The position numbers and the translations under genes are program-made. From a bacterium (GTDB taxonomy: Bacteria; Patescibacteriota; Minisyncoccia; Phycocordibacterales; Phycocordibacteraceae), in assembly GCA_021849125.1 (NCBI GenBank), contig JAJZTG010000004.1, positions 1,025-65,024 of the forward strand: DNA of 64,000 nucleotides. The letters run 5' to 3'. Below, one piece after another: positions 50,755 through 62,568 of the stretch. The notes beneath the pieces are model-generated. The model did not search any database. It was not told the origin of the DNA and worked only from the letters and a program-made list of their open reading frames with translations. How positions within the stretch are numbered: position 1 is the first letter of the stretch; every line of letters begins with the position of its first letter.

Positions 50755-51153
50755 TTATGGATGACCGGCTTCGCCCTTGATAATGCGTTCCGTCTCTGCG
50801 AGCACCTCGGAAGGGATAGCTGCCGCCTTGATGATGTAGCCGTCTACGGTGAGCTTTTTCGCTTCTTCGATATCCGAGTTCTGGCCCTGATTCGAAAGGA
50901 ATATGATCTTCGCTTCTTTCGCGAGATTTTCCTTCCGTATGGTCGCGACCGTCTCAAAGCCGGTCATGCCCGGCATGATGACATCGATCAGGATCGCATC
51001 AGGCATCACCGCGTCCTCTTTCCGAAGAGCGGCCAAGAGCTCTTCTCCTCCAGAAAATGAATGTATGTCATGCCCTGCGTTCTTGAATTTCACCGCATAG
51101 AGATCAAGCAGGAAACGGTCATCATCGACGAGATATATGCGGTAGGCCATCAC
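50755..51153 (-). CDS. Single-domain response regulator
   Basis: LVDDD, IDVIMP, FLSN, YIIK. Confidence 0.88.
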   Translation of the reverse strand: MMAYRIYLVDDDRFLLDLYAVKFKNAGHDIHSFSGGEELLAALRKEDAVMPDAILIDVIMPGMTGFETVATIRKENLAKEAKIIFLSNQGQNSDIEEAKKLTVDGYIIKAAAIPSEVLAETERIIKGEAGHP

Positions 51154-51177
51154 TTTCAGTATACTACGCGCCTAGCA

Positions 51178-52959
<1,782 letters not shown>

Positions 52960-52961
52960 TC

Positions 52962-53267
52962 CTAATGGCCTGCGATGCTGCCCGCAAGCGGAGCGAAAGG
53001 ATCCGTACGACCAGAGGTCTCAGCCGCCACGGGAGTCGTAAGGTCGACAAGCGAAGTGAACTTCGTATCGGTAAAGATCGCGGTATTGAACGTGATGGGT
53101 TGTAGCTGGCTCACGAGCGCCTGGAATTGCGTCTGTGCGGCAGCACCGACAGACGAGGTGGACGTGAGTGGCGGCTGGTTCCCTTCACGAGATGAGAAGT
53201 ACCAATAACCTCCCGCGAAGATGACGAGCGTGGCGATGGAAAGCGAGATGGCGTTCGTTGATTTCAT
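52962..53267 (-). CDS. Small pilus-associated protein (PilP position)
   Basis: N-terminal TM, GRTDPF motif, position after pilO. Confidence 0.6.
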   Translation of the reverse strand: MKSTNAISLSIATLVIFAGGYWYFSSREGNQPPLTSTSSVGAAAQTQFQALVSQLQPITFNTAIFTDTKFTSLVDLTTPVAAETSGRTDPFAPLAGSIAGH

Positions 53268-53275
53268 AGGTGATT

Positions 53276-53836
53276 TCAGCGCAACCAGTAAAGGCGCAAG
53301 GTCATCTGATAAATGTATACGCCCGTGTCCGAACCCTTCACGACCAGGTCGCGGATATCAAGCAGACGCGCGCTCTGTTCGATACCCTTCAGGAAGGTTT
53401 GGAGCGCAGGATACGTGCCAGTTGCAGAAAGAGAGAGGTCGACCGATCCTACCGGCGTAAGCGCAGCTGTCGGAAGGACGCCTGCATCAGGTGCGCGTGC
53501 GACATTTTTTGCGCTTGAAACGACGTCGATATTGGCAACCGAGAGACCGGCACGCGCCGCAAGCGCGTTCAGGTCGAGGATGAGACCCACGTTATCGACT
53601 GAGTCAGGCAAGAATCTGGTCAGAGCGGAAAGATCCGTCGGATCAATCGAATCTCGAGCGGACGCAAGTTGGTTCTGTTGCGTCGCATACTGCTTAGCCG
53701 CCTCAAGTGCTTGATCATCAGCCGCGATAGCAGCGCGAGCGGTAGCGATAGAGCCGGTCCAGGTCGGATTCACGTAGGCGAAAAAGATGACTACGGCAGC
53801 GATGAGGGCGATGATGGGAAGGATGCGGCTGTTCAT
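53276..53836 (-). CDS. pilO: PilO-like protein
   Basis: TM, FLPDS, GTY..LQTFL..IE...RLLDI. Confidence 0.75.
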   Translation of the reverse strand: MNSRILPIIALIAAVVIFFAYVNPTWTGSIATARAAIAADDQALEAAKQYATQQNQLASARDSIDPTDLSALTRFLPDSVDNVGLILDLNALAARAGLSVANIDVVSSAKNVARAPDAGVLPTAALTPVGSVDLSLSATGTYPALQTFLKGIEQSARLLDIRDLVVKGSDTGVYIYQMTLRLYWLR

Positions 53837-54468
53837 GGTATCGGGAGGGTCGTCGTACTTGAGACCGTGGTCGGGAACGTGGCCGTGTATGCCGAAGGCG
53901 TGTAGGCGGTAAGTCTCGGATCAAGAGCTGCCGAGAAGCTGAAAGACACGGAGTTATCCTTCGCGACGCTTATCTTCGAGAAGATGACGTCCTTGATACG
54001 TCCGTCAGAAGAGAATCCTGTCGAAGCGGCAGAGAGCGCGTTGAAACTTTTCGCAATGCCGGTTCCTTCAACCTTCGTCGCGACAGTGCCGTCAAAAGAT
54101 AGGTGTAATGTCGTGAACCGGACGCTCGCAGGGAGCAGCTTCTCAAGCGAAGAGAAGAAGTTCGAGTAAGCGACGTGACCGTCAAGGAGCGTCTGTCCGG
54201 CATTCAACCGGTCCCGTAAACGTACGAAACTGTTTACGGTCTCGGGGTCGATCGCTGCTTCCGTCTTCGCGAGTTCGGCCTCCTTGGCCGACTGCTGGGC
54301 AGAAAGGATGCGTCCATAAAAGAAGAGCCCGATCGCGAGCACGAATACGATACCGAGCACGACATACGCGAGGAGACTGAAGGTGCCGAGAAGATCAGCG
54401 CCTGGACGTTGCCGTGCCGACATCTCATGCGGCACGAACGAGGTAGGGATCGAAGGTATGAGCGCCAT
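53833..54468 (-). CDS. pilN: PilN-like protein
   Basis: TSFVP N-terminal motif, TM, coiled coil, position after pilM. Confidence 0.7.
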   Translation of the reverse strand: MALIPSIPTSFVPHEMSARQRPGADLLGTFSLLAYVVLGIVFVLAIGLFFYGRILSAQQSAKEAELAKTEAAIDPETVNSFVRLRDRLNAGQTLLDGHVAYSNFFSSLEKLLPASVRFTTLHLSFDGTVATKVEGTGIAKSFNALSAASTGFSSDGRIKDVIFSKISVAKDNSVSFSFSAALDPRLTAYTPSAYTATFPTTVSSTTTLPIP

Positions 54469-54526
54469 TTCATTCCTAAGTATACGCTACAGGAACGCGC
54501 GTGTGCGTTCTATACTGTGCAAAAGT

Positions 54527-55594
54527 CTAGATTTCTTCGAGCTTACGGAGCGCAAGACCGACCGCAACGGCGAACTCCGGGCCGATCTCCTCAAGCACCG
54601 GACGCATGAACGCAGGAGCTTCCGTTTTTGCGAATGGATCGGCAAGGCGAACATCGATCGAGAATGTTTTTTTCGCGTAGGCACCGAGCGATTTGGTCAC
54701 CCCGCCACCCCCGGTGAGCATGATCGAAGTGACGCTCTTATTATGCGAGGTCTCATATTGCGTGAGCACGCGACGTGCTTCGGAAAAGATACGCGAAAAG
54801 ACGAGTTCTGGGTGTCCCTGCGCCTCCTCCCCTTCTATACCTGCTTCCTTCTTCACGGCTTCCGCCCGCGTAAGCGATACGCCACTTGAAACCGCGATGG
54901 CACGCGTGATGTCCTGACTCCCCACCGCAACCGAGTGCGAAAGAGCGACGACGCCGCGTTCGACTACGTAGATCTTCGTCGAGGCTGCGCCGATATCCAA
55001 GACCATGACCGGGCGCAATGGCTCGTCGACAACCGCACGGATAGTGCTGAAGATCTCGATCTCGTAGAAACTTGCCGCGAGGCCGGCGCCAGAGACGACG
55101 TTCTGCAGAAGCGTAAGTTCGTCGTTGTGTACGGCAACGAGGAGTACGTCCACGGTATCCTTTTCCTTTTCCGACGGTTCCGTTTCGGGAATGATGAACC
55201 AGTCGAGCTGTACTTCGCTCATCGGCACCGGGATATACTTGCGCGCCTCGAGCTCGATGATCGTCTTTTGTTCTGCCTTATCCTTGCGATACGGGAGCGT
55301 GACGAGCGAGAGGAGCGAGCGTGCGAACGGGATCGATACACCACAGCCTTTCGCCGTAACCTTCGCTTCGCGCAGGAGATCTTTCAAGGTTTCGGTAATC
55401 TGCTCGGATGAGAGATTCGTCGCCTGCCCGACCTCGGCACCGCCGTAAGGACCGAGCGCGAGTTCGCCGTAGGTCTCAAGGATCGCTTTCCCGCCCTGCT
55501 TGCGCAGCTGGACGACCTTGAGCGAGGAGGAACCGATGTCGATGCCCAGAACGCTCTCGGGCTTCTTGGCAAACAACGAATCGAAAAACGACAT
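54527..55594 (-). CDS. pilM: Type IV pilus assembly protein PilM
   Basis: LGIDIGSSSLKVV, EARKYIP, LDIGA, LTGGG, AVAVGLALR. Confidence 0.92.
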   Translation of the reverse strand: MSFFDSLFAKKPESVLGIDIGSSSLKVVQLRKQGGKAILETYGELALGPYGGAEVGQATNLSSEQITETLKDLLREAKVTAKGCGVSIPFARSLLSLVTLPYRKDKAEQKTIIELEARKYIPVPMSEVQLDWFIIPETEPSEKEKDTVDVLLVAVHNDELTLLQNVVSGAGLAASFYEIEIFSTIRAVVDEPLRPVMVLDIGAASTKIYVVERGVVALSHSVAVGSQDITRAIAVSSGVSLTRAEAVKKEAGIEGEEAQGHPELVFSRIFSEARRVLTQYETSHNKSVTSIMLTGGGGVTKSLGAYAKKTFSIDVRLADPFAKTEAPAFMRPVLEEIGPEFAVAVGLALRKLEEI

Positions 55595-55608
55595 GTCACA
55601 ATGATACC

Positions 55609-56229
55609 ATGCACCGCCTGCTCGACCTGCTCTTCCCGCCACGCGATGACGAACGCCTTATCCGCGACCTCGAGCCCGACGGGCTGTTTAGCGCGCTCTC
55701 TCCTCAACTCGTTCCAGCAACCCGACCAGGGACTGCTGTTCTCCTCCCTTTTCACGACCCTGTCGTACGCGCCGCGATACATGAAGCGAAATACCACGGC
55801 AGTGCGCGTGCTTCCAACCTCCTTGCTGTCGCGCTCGCCGAATACCTACGCGACGCCGACGAAAGCTCACGACACGTGGTGATCGTACCCGTACCGCTTG
55901 GAAACGTGCGGCGGCGGGAACGCGGTTTCAATCAGACTGAAGAAGTCATACTCCAGACCCTTCCCTTCCTTGAGGAGACCGGACGATTCACGATCGATGT
56001 AGAACTCCTCATGCGGGTACGGGAAACCGCTTCGCAGGTCTCGCTTCCTCGGCACGCTCGAGAAGAAAACATGCGTGGCGCCTTCGGCGCCACGCATGCG
56101 GCCGACCCTGCACACTTATATATAGTCCTCGACGATGTCGTTACGACTGGCGCCACCCTCCAGGCTGCCATCGACGCACTTACAGAAGCCGGCGCTAAAA
56201 ATATCCTGCCGCTCGCCCTCGCGCATTAA
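55609..56229 (+). CDS. comF: ComF-family phosphoribosyltransferase
   Basis: VPVPL, RERGFNQ, LDDVVTTGATL. Confidence 0.9.
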   Translation: MHRLLDLLFPPRDDERLIRDLEPDGLFSALSPQLVPATRPGTAVLLPFHDPVVRAAIHEAKYHGSARASNLLAVALAEYLRDADESSRHVVIVPVPLGNVRRRERGFNQTEEVILQTLPFLEETGRFTIDVELLMRVRETASQVSLPRHAREENMRGAFGATHAADPAHLYIVLDDVVTTGATLQAAIDALTEAGAKNILPLALAH

Positions 56230-56250
56230 ATTTGGTATTCTCACAGTATT

Positions 56251-56343
56251 GGAGACGTGGCTGAGCTGGTCGAAGGCACCTCACTGCTAACGAGGCAGGG
56301 ATCTTAAAGTCCCTCGTGGGTTCGAATCCCACCGTCTCCGCCA
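56251..56343 (+). tRNA. tRNA-Ser(GCT)
   Basis: GGAGACG acceptor, CT GCT AA loop, long variable arm, GTTCGAATC, CCA. Confidence 0.95.
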
Positions 56344-56581
56344 ATGTGCGCCGCACATTTGCGGGACGAGCAAATGCTCTCGAGCACTGCAAGTGGGATC
56401 CGAAGACCTTGTGAGCAGATTTTGCGAGCGAACGAAGCAGAATCTTCACAAGGTGTACTGACCCTGTATGCAGGGCATACTGCTTCTTCACTCGGCATTA
56501 AAGGATACTGAAATCAGCATCCTTTAATCCTCCCTCATTGCAGTAAGTTTCGAAAAGCGTAATCGTGATTCCACCGTCTCC
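56344..56581. repeat. Structured element between tRNA-Ser 3' end and a duplicate of that end
   Basis: ccaccgtctcc at 56329-56339 and 56571-56581; gtgggatccgaa (56393-56404) complementary to the T-arm. Confidence 0.65.
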
Positions 56582-56622
56582 TTATTTTCAAGAGTAAGGT
56601 GGTACCTGGAAACCAAAGCTAC

Positions 56623-57015
56623 CTATCGTGCGTTGACCTGGAAATTGTACATCCCCATACCACACACGCCTTGTATTTTCTGGCCCGACTGCGGCACACC
56701 AAGATCAATAACCTCTTCGCCCGTCGGTTGTAGTATCTTCTGAAATCCTGCTGAACGAATGACAAGCGCCGCTGAACAATCATAGGTGCCGCTCGTCTGT
56801 ACGATAAGCTTCGTAGGTATTCCCTCCTTTATTTCTGATACGCGTGGGAAATAACCGCCACGTGCAGTAATCGTGACATACTGCACACCGTCTCTGATTT
56901 CTACATTTTGAACTTGTTCCACGCCGGCAGATGATGAATCGTCTGAGACGGCATAGAACGCGATGCCTATGATGCTGAGGCTCAGGGCAACTGATAGAAT
57001 CGTGCTTTTTTGCAT
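56623..57015 (-). CDS. Cupredoxin-domain protein
   Basis: GGYFP, YDC, CGMGMY. Confidence 0.8.
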   Translation of the reverse strand: MQKSTILSVALSLSIIGIAFYAVSDDSSSAGVEQVQNVEIRDGVQYVTITARGGYFPRVSEIKEGIPTKLIVQTSGTYDCSAALVIRSAGFQKILQPTGEEVIDLGVPQSGQKIQGVCGMGMYNFQVNAR

Positions 57016-57032
57016 AAGATATAAACGATACA

Positions 57033-58037
57033 TTAGATGCTAAACAAGGGCTCAATGACACCTAACCCGGCAAGTCCCGCGAGCAATGCGAATGCGCCAA
57101 GCCCGACCACCACCACCCCAGCTGATTTGAAAAATACCGGCGCATATTTCGATTGTGCAAACGATGCAGAACCAAAAGAGAGGAGCGCAAGCATCGGAAG
57201 CGTTCCAAGCGCGAATGCGAGCATAATGAACAACCCCGAGAGGAATGAACCGCTTGAGAGCGCGGCCACCTGCATCGCCTGAGTGAATCCGCACGGCAAG
57301 AAGAACGTCCCTGCACCAACGAGAAACGGCGTGATAGTCTGATGTTCGATCGTGCGGAAAAAACCGAACACACCTGCGGGAAGCGTTATTCGGCTCTTCT
57401 CAAGCACGCCTATCAGGTGAAGCCCGAGCAGTATCATTACGGATGAAGCGATGATGCCGAGTACCGCCGTAACGATAAAACTGATTCCAATCAACCCGCC
57501 AAGCGCACCAAGCACTCCTCCGAGGACGGCAAAACTCGCGAGCCGCCCTCCATGAAAAAGCATCATCGGCTTTATGTCGCTTACTTTGTCCTGAGAGATG
57601 GTCGCCGATAACGAGAGCACCAGTCCGCCGACTACTGCAAGACAGCTTGATACCGAGGCGACCAATCCGATAATGAAGCTAGTTGTCGGGGTGATTACTC
57701 CTCCCAATCCGAAATCCAGGATTCCTGATTTTTGAATGAAGAAAAAGAGCCCAAGGAACGCGAGTCCTATCGGCAAAGCCTGCCAGACGGCACCTCCATC
57801 TTTTTCACGCACCCCTTTTTCAAGCGAGAGACGATATCCGTTATCCTTTATTTTCTCGGTCAGCGTCTCGGCGAGTGCGCGATCATTCTCATCAAGAGAC
57901 GTCTCGACTGAAACGGTCTCTGTCTTCAAATCGACGTCTGCTCGAATGATACCGACGTGTTCACGTAACGCATCCTCGATAAAGATCTTGCATGACGGGC
58001 AGTGCGTGCCGGAGACATGGAAGGTAATAGTTTTCAT
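57033..58037 (-). CDS. HMA domain + DsbD_2/sulfite-exporter-like membrane protein
   Basis: GTHCPSC, SSCLAVVGG, LPCGF, FALGTLP. Confidence 0.85.
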   Translation of the reverse strand: MKTITFHVSGTHCPSCKIFIEDALREHVGIIRADVDLKTETVSVETSLDENDRALAETLTEKIKDNGYRLSLEKGVREKDGGAVWQALPIGLAFLGLFFFIQKSGILDFGLGGVITPTTSFIIGLVASVSSCLAVVGGLVLSLSATISQDKVSDIKPMMLFHGGRLASFAVLGGVLGALGGLIGISFIVTAVLGIIASSVMILLGLHLIGVLEKSRITLPAGVFGFFRTIEHQTITPFLVGAGTFFLPCGFTQAMQVAALSSGSFLSGLFIMLAFALGTLPMLALLSFGSASFAQSKYAPVFFKSAGVVVVGLGAFALLAGLAGLGVIEPLFSI

Positions 58038-58055
58038 ATATGAAGGTCGGTTTGC

Positions 58056-60350
58056 TTATAAGCGCTGCGCTTTGATCCTCAGCGAATTGGAGACGACCGA
58101 AACGCTTGAGAACGCCATCGCCATTCCAGCAAAGACCGGACTCAAGAGCCATCCGAAGATCGGGTAGAACAGCCCGGCAGCAAGCGGAATGCCGATGCTG
58201 TTGTAAATGAAAGCCCAGAACAGATTCTGCTTGATACCGCGCATCGTGAGTTTCGAGAGCTTAATGGCCTTCACCAGTTTAGAAAGGTCGCCGCCCAAAA
58301 GCGTGATGCCCGCGGATTCTATCGCGACATCGGTTCCCGTCCCCATCGCGATTCCGACGTTCGCTTGAGCGAGCGCTGGGGCATCGTTTACACCGTCACC
58401 AGCCATCGCAACAATCTTCCCTTGTCCTTGCAGTTCTTGTACCTTACGCAACTTGTCCTCCGGTAACACATGCGCGACAACTTCATCGATACCCACCAAT
58501 GAGGCCACATACTGGGCCGTCTTCTCTTCATCTCCAGTAAGCATCACTACCTTGATCCCGAGACGATGCAGGTCCGCGATTGCCTCCTTGGACTCTTTCT
58601 TGATTTCGTCAGCAACCGTAACGAATCCTAAGACTTCTTCTTTCGTTGCGAGGATAACCGGCGTTTTGCCCTGAGTAGTAAAGCGATCGATCGACGACCG
58701 GTCGAATGTCAGCCCGAGCTCATTGATGAGTTTCGCGTTTCCAGCGAAATATTCGACACCTTCGATCGTCCCTTTAATCCCCTTCCCTTGCATTCCTTCG
58801 AATTCCGAAACAACGTTGAAATTAATCTCCTTCTCCTCAGCATACATGCCGATCGCATGCGCGACAGGATGTTCCGACTTTTTCTCAAGCGAAGCCAAGA
58901 TCGTGACGAGCGCTCTTTCATTAAGGGCTGAAAGGCTTTGGATATCGGTGAGCATCGGTTTGCCGATGGTAACGGTTCCTGTCTTGTCTAGGATAACCGT
59001 GTCAATCTTATGCAGAGTCTCAAGCGTAGCTGCGTCTTTTACGAGAATGCCCTCTTTGGCTCCCTTCCCGATCCCGACAATGATAGCCGTCGGGGTTGCA
59101 AGCCCGAGTGCACAAGGACAAGCGATGACGAGCACGCCAACGAAAGAAACGAGCCCGAACGAAAGCGCCTGAGAAAACCCGAGTGTGCTCGTGCCGATAA
59201 GAAGCCAGGCACCGAGCGTGAGAAAAGCGATGACCAGCGTTGTGGGAACGAAAACGCTCGAGATCTTGTCTGCCAAGGCCTGGATGGGTGCACGGCTTCC
59301 TTGGGCCTCTTCGACCATCCTGATGATCTGCGCAAGAAGGGTCTCCGAACCGATCTTCGTGGCTTCGAATGTAAAAGTACCCGTGGTATTCATCGTTCCA
59401 GAGACGACCGCTCCGCCAATCCCTTTTTTGACCGGCATCGGCTCGCCAGTAACCATCGACTCGTCGACGAATGAAGATCCGTCGATAACGACCCCATCAA
59501 CAGGTATCCTTGCACCTGGCTTTACCACGACGTGGTCGCCATGCCGTACGTCAGCGATAGGGATATCTGTCTCTGTGCCGTCACGGATGACCAGCGCTGT
59601 CTTTGCCTGCAGATGCAGAAGCTTTTCGATAGCATCTCCAGTCCTTAGTTTTGATCGAGCTTCAAGATATTTCCCGAGCGCGATAAACGTGATGACGACG
59701 ATGGTCACGTCATAGTACGTGTGCTCGACGTTTATGAAAGGTCTCAATGTGTCCTCGAAGGCGCTTACGATGAAGCTGTACAGAAACGCGACTGAGGTTC
59801 CGATGCCTATGAGCGTATCCATATTCGCCTTACCGTATCGTGCGAAACGATAAACACCGAGGAGATATGGTTTGCCGACGACAAATAACGTATATGTCGC
59901 GAAGATTGGCAGAAGATGATGGAAAAATTCCTTGGGCGTGGTGCCCATCGCCGGCACCATCGCGTATTGCGCCGCTATATCCCAACCCATCACCAATATG
60001 CTGAAAATTGCTAAGGGGATCGCGGATATCACCTTTGATCTCAAGTCCGTGATTTCCATCAGTTTCTCATCTTTTGAGCGGCCCAAACCTGCATGAGCTG
60101 CATGTTCCTCCTCCGACATATTCATCATTTCGGCACCAGGCGGTACCCTGAGAGAATACCCGAGCGATTCGATATGCTTAGAAAGCTCGTGCGGACTGGT
60201 TTTTGAGGGGTCAAAAGAGACTTTCACCCGTTCTGTCCCGTAATTGACCTCGATCGCATGCACTCCCTCCGTTTTCTTCAAAGTCTTTTCGATGATGGAT
60301 GCACAGGAGGCACAGTGCATTCCTTTCACATCGTATGTCTGCGTACGCAT
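58056..60350 (-). CDS. copA: Copper-translocating P1B ATPase
   Basis: GMHCASC, CPCALGLATP, DKTGT, SEHP, GDGVNDAP, YN and MAFSS. Confidence 0.95.
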   Translation of the reverse strand: MRTQTYDVKGMHCASCASIIEKTLKKTEGVHAIEVNYGTERVKVSFDPSKTSPHELSKHIESLGYSLRVPPGAEMMNMSEEEHAAHAGLGRSKDEKLMEITDLRSKVISAIPLAIFSILVMGWDIAAQYAMVPAMGTTPKEFFHHLLPIFATYTLFVVGKPYLLGVYRFARYGKANMDTLIGIGTSVAFLYSFIVSAFEDTLRPFINVEHTYYDVTIVVITFIALGKYLEARSKLRTGDAIEKLLHLQAKTALVIRDGTETDIPIADVRHGDHVVVKPGARIPVDGVVIDGSSFVDESMVTGEPMPVKKGIGGAVVSGTMNTTGTFTFEATKIGSETLLAQIIRMVEEAQGSRAPIQALADKISSVFVPTTLVIAFLTLGAWLLIGTSTLGFSQALSFGLVSFVGVLVIACPCALGLATPTAIIVGIGKGAKEGILVKDAATLETLHKIDTVILDKTGTVTIGKPMLTDIQSLSALNERALVTILASLEKKSEHPVAHAIGMYAEEKEINFNVVSEFEGMQGKGIKGTIEGVEYFAGNAKLINELGLTFDRSSIDRFTTQGKTPVILATKEEVLGFVTVADEIKKESKEAIADLHRLGIKVVMLTGDEEKTAQYVASLVGIDEVVAHVLPEDKLRKVQELQGQGKIVAMAGDGVNDAPALAQANVGIAMGTGTDVAIESAGITLLGGDLSKLVKAIKLSKLTMRGIKQNLFWAFIYNSIGIPLAAGLFYPIFGWLLSPVFAGMAMAFSSVSVVSNSLRIKAQRL

Positions 60351-60353
60351 ATA

Positions 60354-60629
60354 CTATTTTCTCTTCAGCTTATAGACTTTGATAATCTCTGCGCCTGCCT
60401 TCGCGACTTGACCGGCTTTCATCTGATGATGGACGCAGTGATTCAGGTGGTTTTCAAGAAGCATATCCTCGACGTTCGACAACCCTTGCTTCACGGCCGA
60501 GGTCTGAGTGATCACGTCTATGCAGTACGTGTCACTCTCGACCATCTTCTGGAGGCCGCGCACCTGTCCCTCGATGAGCTTGAGGCGGCGGATGACCTTC
60601 GCCTTGGCCTTGTCGTCCATGTATCGCAT
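60354..60629 (-). CDS. csoR: CsoR/RcnR-family copper-sensing repressor
   Basis: RLKLIEGQVRGL, YCIDV, HLNHC. Confidence 0.9.
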   Translation of the reverse strand: MRYMDDKAKAKVIRRLKLIEGQVRGLQKMVESDTYCIDVITQTSAVKQGLSNVEDMLLENHLNHCVHHQMKAGQVAKAGAEIIKVYKLKRK

Positions 60630-60639
60630 GGAGTCCATT

Positions 60640-60656
60640 ATACCCCATGGGGGTAT
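60640..60656. promoter_or_regulatory. CsoR operator
   Basis: ATACCCC-atg-GGGGTAT inverted repeat abutting TATAAT upstream of csoR. Confidence 0.8.
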
Positions 60657-60747
60657 CAGATCAATGCTTCCCACCGCATGGGGATAAGGATTTCTCATAC
60701 TTTTCAGTGCCCTATACTGAAAGAGTCTTAGCCTAATTACCTTATTT

Positions 60748-61482
60748 ATGGGACATTTCTTCGTTCTGCTTCCTATCCTCCTTCTCATGGCAGCGCTCCT
60801 TGAGCGCGCGTACCGCGCCGATCGCACCAATACTTACGCGAAATATTTCCGCAACTTCGCGTGGCTCTGGACCGCCTGTACGCTCATCGGCTCGAGCTCG
60901 ATCTTCCTCGCGGAGTCCGGCATCCTCGACCTGAAGCCGCAATACGCGCAGCTCGTGGGCGCATCGCTCAGTCTCCCCTTCCATTACTTCGCGAGCGCAG
61001 CGCTCCTTCTCCTGCCTTTCGCGATCTACCGTAGGTATATGAAGGTCGGTTACGCGCTCGCGACGCTTGTCATCGCCGGAGGCGCGTTCATCGGCTCGGT
61101 AATCTTCGTCAAGGCGAACAACCTCTTCGCCTCTCTCGGCGCTTTCCAGGGAATCTACCAGTTCGCATGGGCGAACCTCCCTAACATCCGCCTCAGCGTC
61201 ATTCTCATCGTGCTCATCCCTGTCGCGCTCTTCTTCGTACGCGAGGCGCTCGTCGCGAGCACTGCGGAAGCACGCACACGTATCCTCGTCATCGCGATCG
61301 GTACGGCCTGGATCGGCGTCTTGGGCGGTGTCCATGTCTGGCTCGGTCCTCCTCCGGTCGGCTTCGAGGTGGACAATGCTGACCTGCTCCTCCCGCTCGG
61401 CTTCCTTATCGTCTTCCTCGGCCTCTTCTATCACCGTCGAACCGCCATCCAGGCACAGCCGAGCACTCCAGAGCTTAGCTAA
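60748..61482 (+). CDS. 7-TM membrane protein (possible stand-alone sensor)
   Basis: Seven hydrophobic segments; stop abuts start of the kinase. Confidence 0.7.
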   Translation: MGHFFVLLPILLLMAALLERAYRADRTNTYAKYFRNFAWLWTACTLIGSSSIFLAESGILDLKPQYAQLVGASLSLPFHYFASAALLLLPFAIYRRYMKVGYALATLVIAGGAFIGSVIFVKANNLFASLGAFQGIYQFAWANLPNIRLSVILIVLIPVALFFVREALVASTAEARTRILVIAIGTAWIGVLGGVHVWLGPPPVGFEVDNADLLLPLGFLIVFLGLFYHRRTAIQAQPSTPELS

Positions 61483-62556
61483 ATGTCTGAACAAAAACCG
61501 AACGGACCGACTTGGAGCGTCGTTAACAGTCTGCTCGGGCTTTTCGCGGGCCTCTATCTCGGCTCTTGGATCTTGAAAGAACTCATCTACCCGGGCGCGA
61601 CCGATGTGACCGCCTACGAACGGATCGTCTCGGATTTCACCGAAGCACCCGTCGTCTTCTGGCAAGCGGTGGTGCTGCTTAGTCTCAGCGCAGCAACGGG
61701 TTTCTTCGCAGGCTTGAGCATCTCGTTGACTCAGCTCTGGCTCAACGAGCGCACGTACTCTCGTGCGGTCCGTGAAGTCGCACGCTCGAAAGACGCGTTC
61801 ATCTCGATGGTGCTCCATCACATCAGGACGCCTCTAACCGGTATCAAGTGGGTACTTGCCGCGCTTGGCGGCGAGAACCAGGAAAAGATACTCACGCCTG
61901 AAAACCTACGCGCCCTGAAGCTTGAGAACGAACGTGCCATTACGGCCGTGAACGAGCTCCTCGAGGCTGCGCGCGTGAGTTCGGCACAGACGACCTACCA
62001 GGTCGAGATCCGTCCGGTCCCTGAAGTCTTTGCGCTTCTCGACGAGATTACCAACGCGGCAAAGTCGCTTGCTGCGGCAAAACATATCGTCCTGAAAGTA
62101 TCGCTTCTCCCTCCTCCGCCTAACACTTATATCGCGATCGACAAAGAGAAGCTGCAAATCGTCTTCGAAGGCCTTCTGAATAACGCCATCAAGTACACAC
62201 CTGAGAATGGTTCCGTGTCCGCTACCATGAGCGTCATCGGCCACCATCTTAACTTTACCGTCGCTGACACCGGCATCGGTATCCCTCCCGAACAGCAATC
62301 GAAGATATTCGGCCAGTTTTTTCGCGCAGATAATGCGCGCGTAAAGGAACCGGACGGTTTCGGAGTCGGTCTCTTCATAGGAAAGACGTTCGTCGAGCGC
62401 ATGAGGGGCACGCTCACGTTCACCTCGACACTCGGCAATGGCACTACATTTAGCGTTGAACTGCCCTTAGTTGGTGCCGCTGGAGAACGCTTCCTAGCCG
62501 GCATTACCGCCACGCCGGTCTCCACACCGCAACCAGACACCGCCCCCAAGGGCTGA
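61483..62556 (+). CDS. Sensor histidine kinase
   Basis: Two TM segments, HHIRTPL, NNAIKYT, DTGIG, GFGVGL. Confidence 0.92.
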   Translation: MSEQKPNGPTWSVVNSLLGLFAGLYLGSWILKELIYPGATDVTAYERIVSDFTEAPVVFWQAVVLLSLSAATGFFAGLSISLTQLWLNERTYSRAVREVARSKDAFISMVLHHIRTPLTGIKWVLAALGGENQEKILTPENLRALKLENERAITAVNELLEAARVSSAQTTYQVEIRPVPEVFALLDEITNAAKSLAAAKHIVLKVSLLPPPPNTYIAIDKEKLQIVFEGLLNNAIKYTPENGSVSATMSVIGHHLNFTVADTGIGIPPEQQSKIFGQFFRADNARVKEPDGFGVGLFIGKTFVERMRGTLTFTSTLGNGTTFSVELPLVGAAGERFLAGITATPVSTPQPDTAPKG

Positions 62557-62568
62557 TATCATACGGTT

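Noticed and set aside
56623-60656. Copper locus as an island integrated at tRNA-Ser
   Set aside because: No integrase, and the tRNA-end duplicate lies before the locus rather than beyond it; ordinary csoR-copA cluster.
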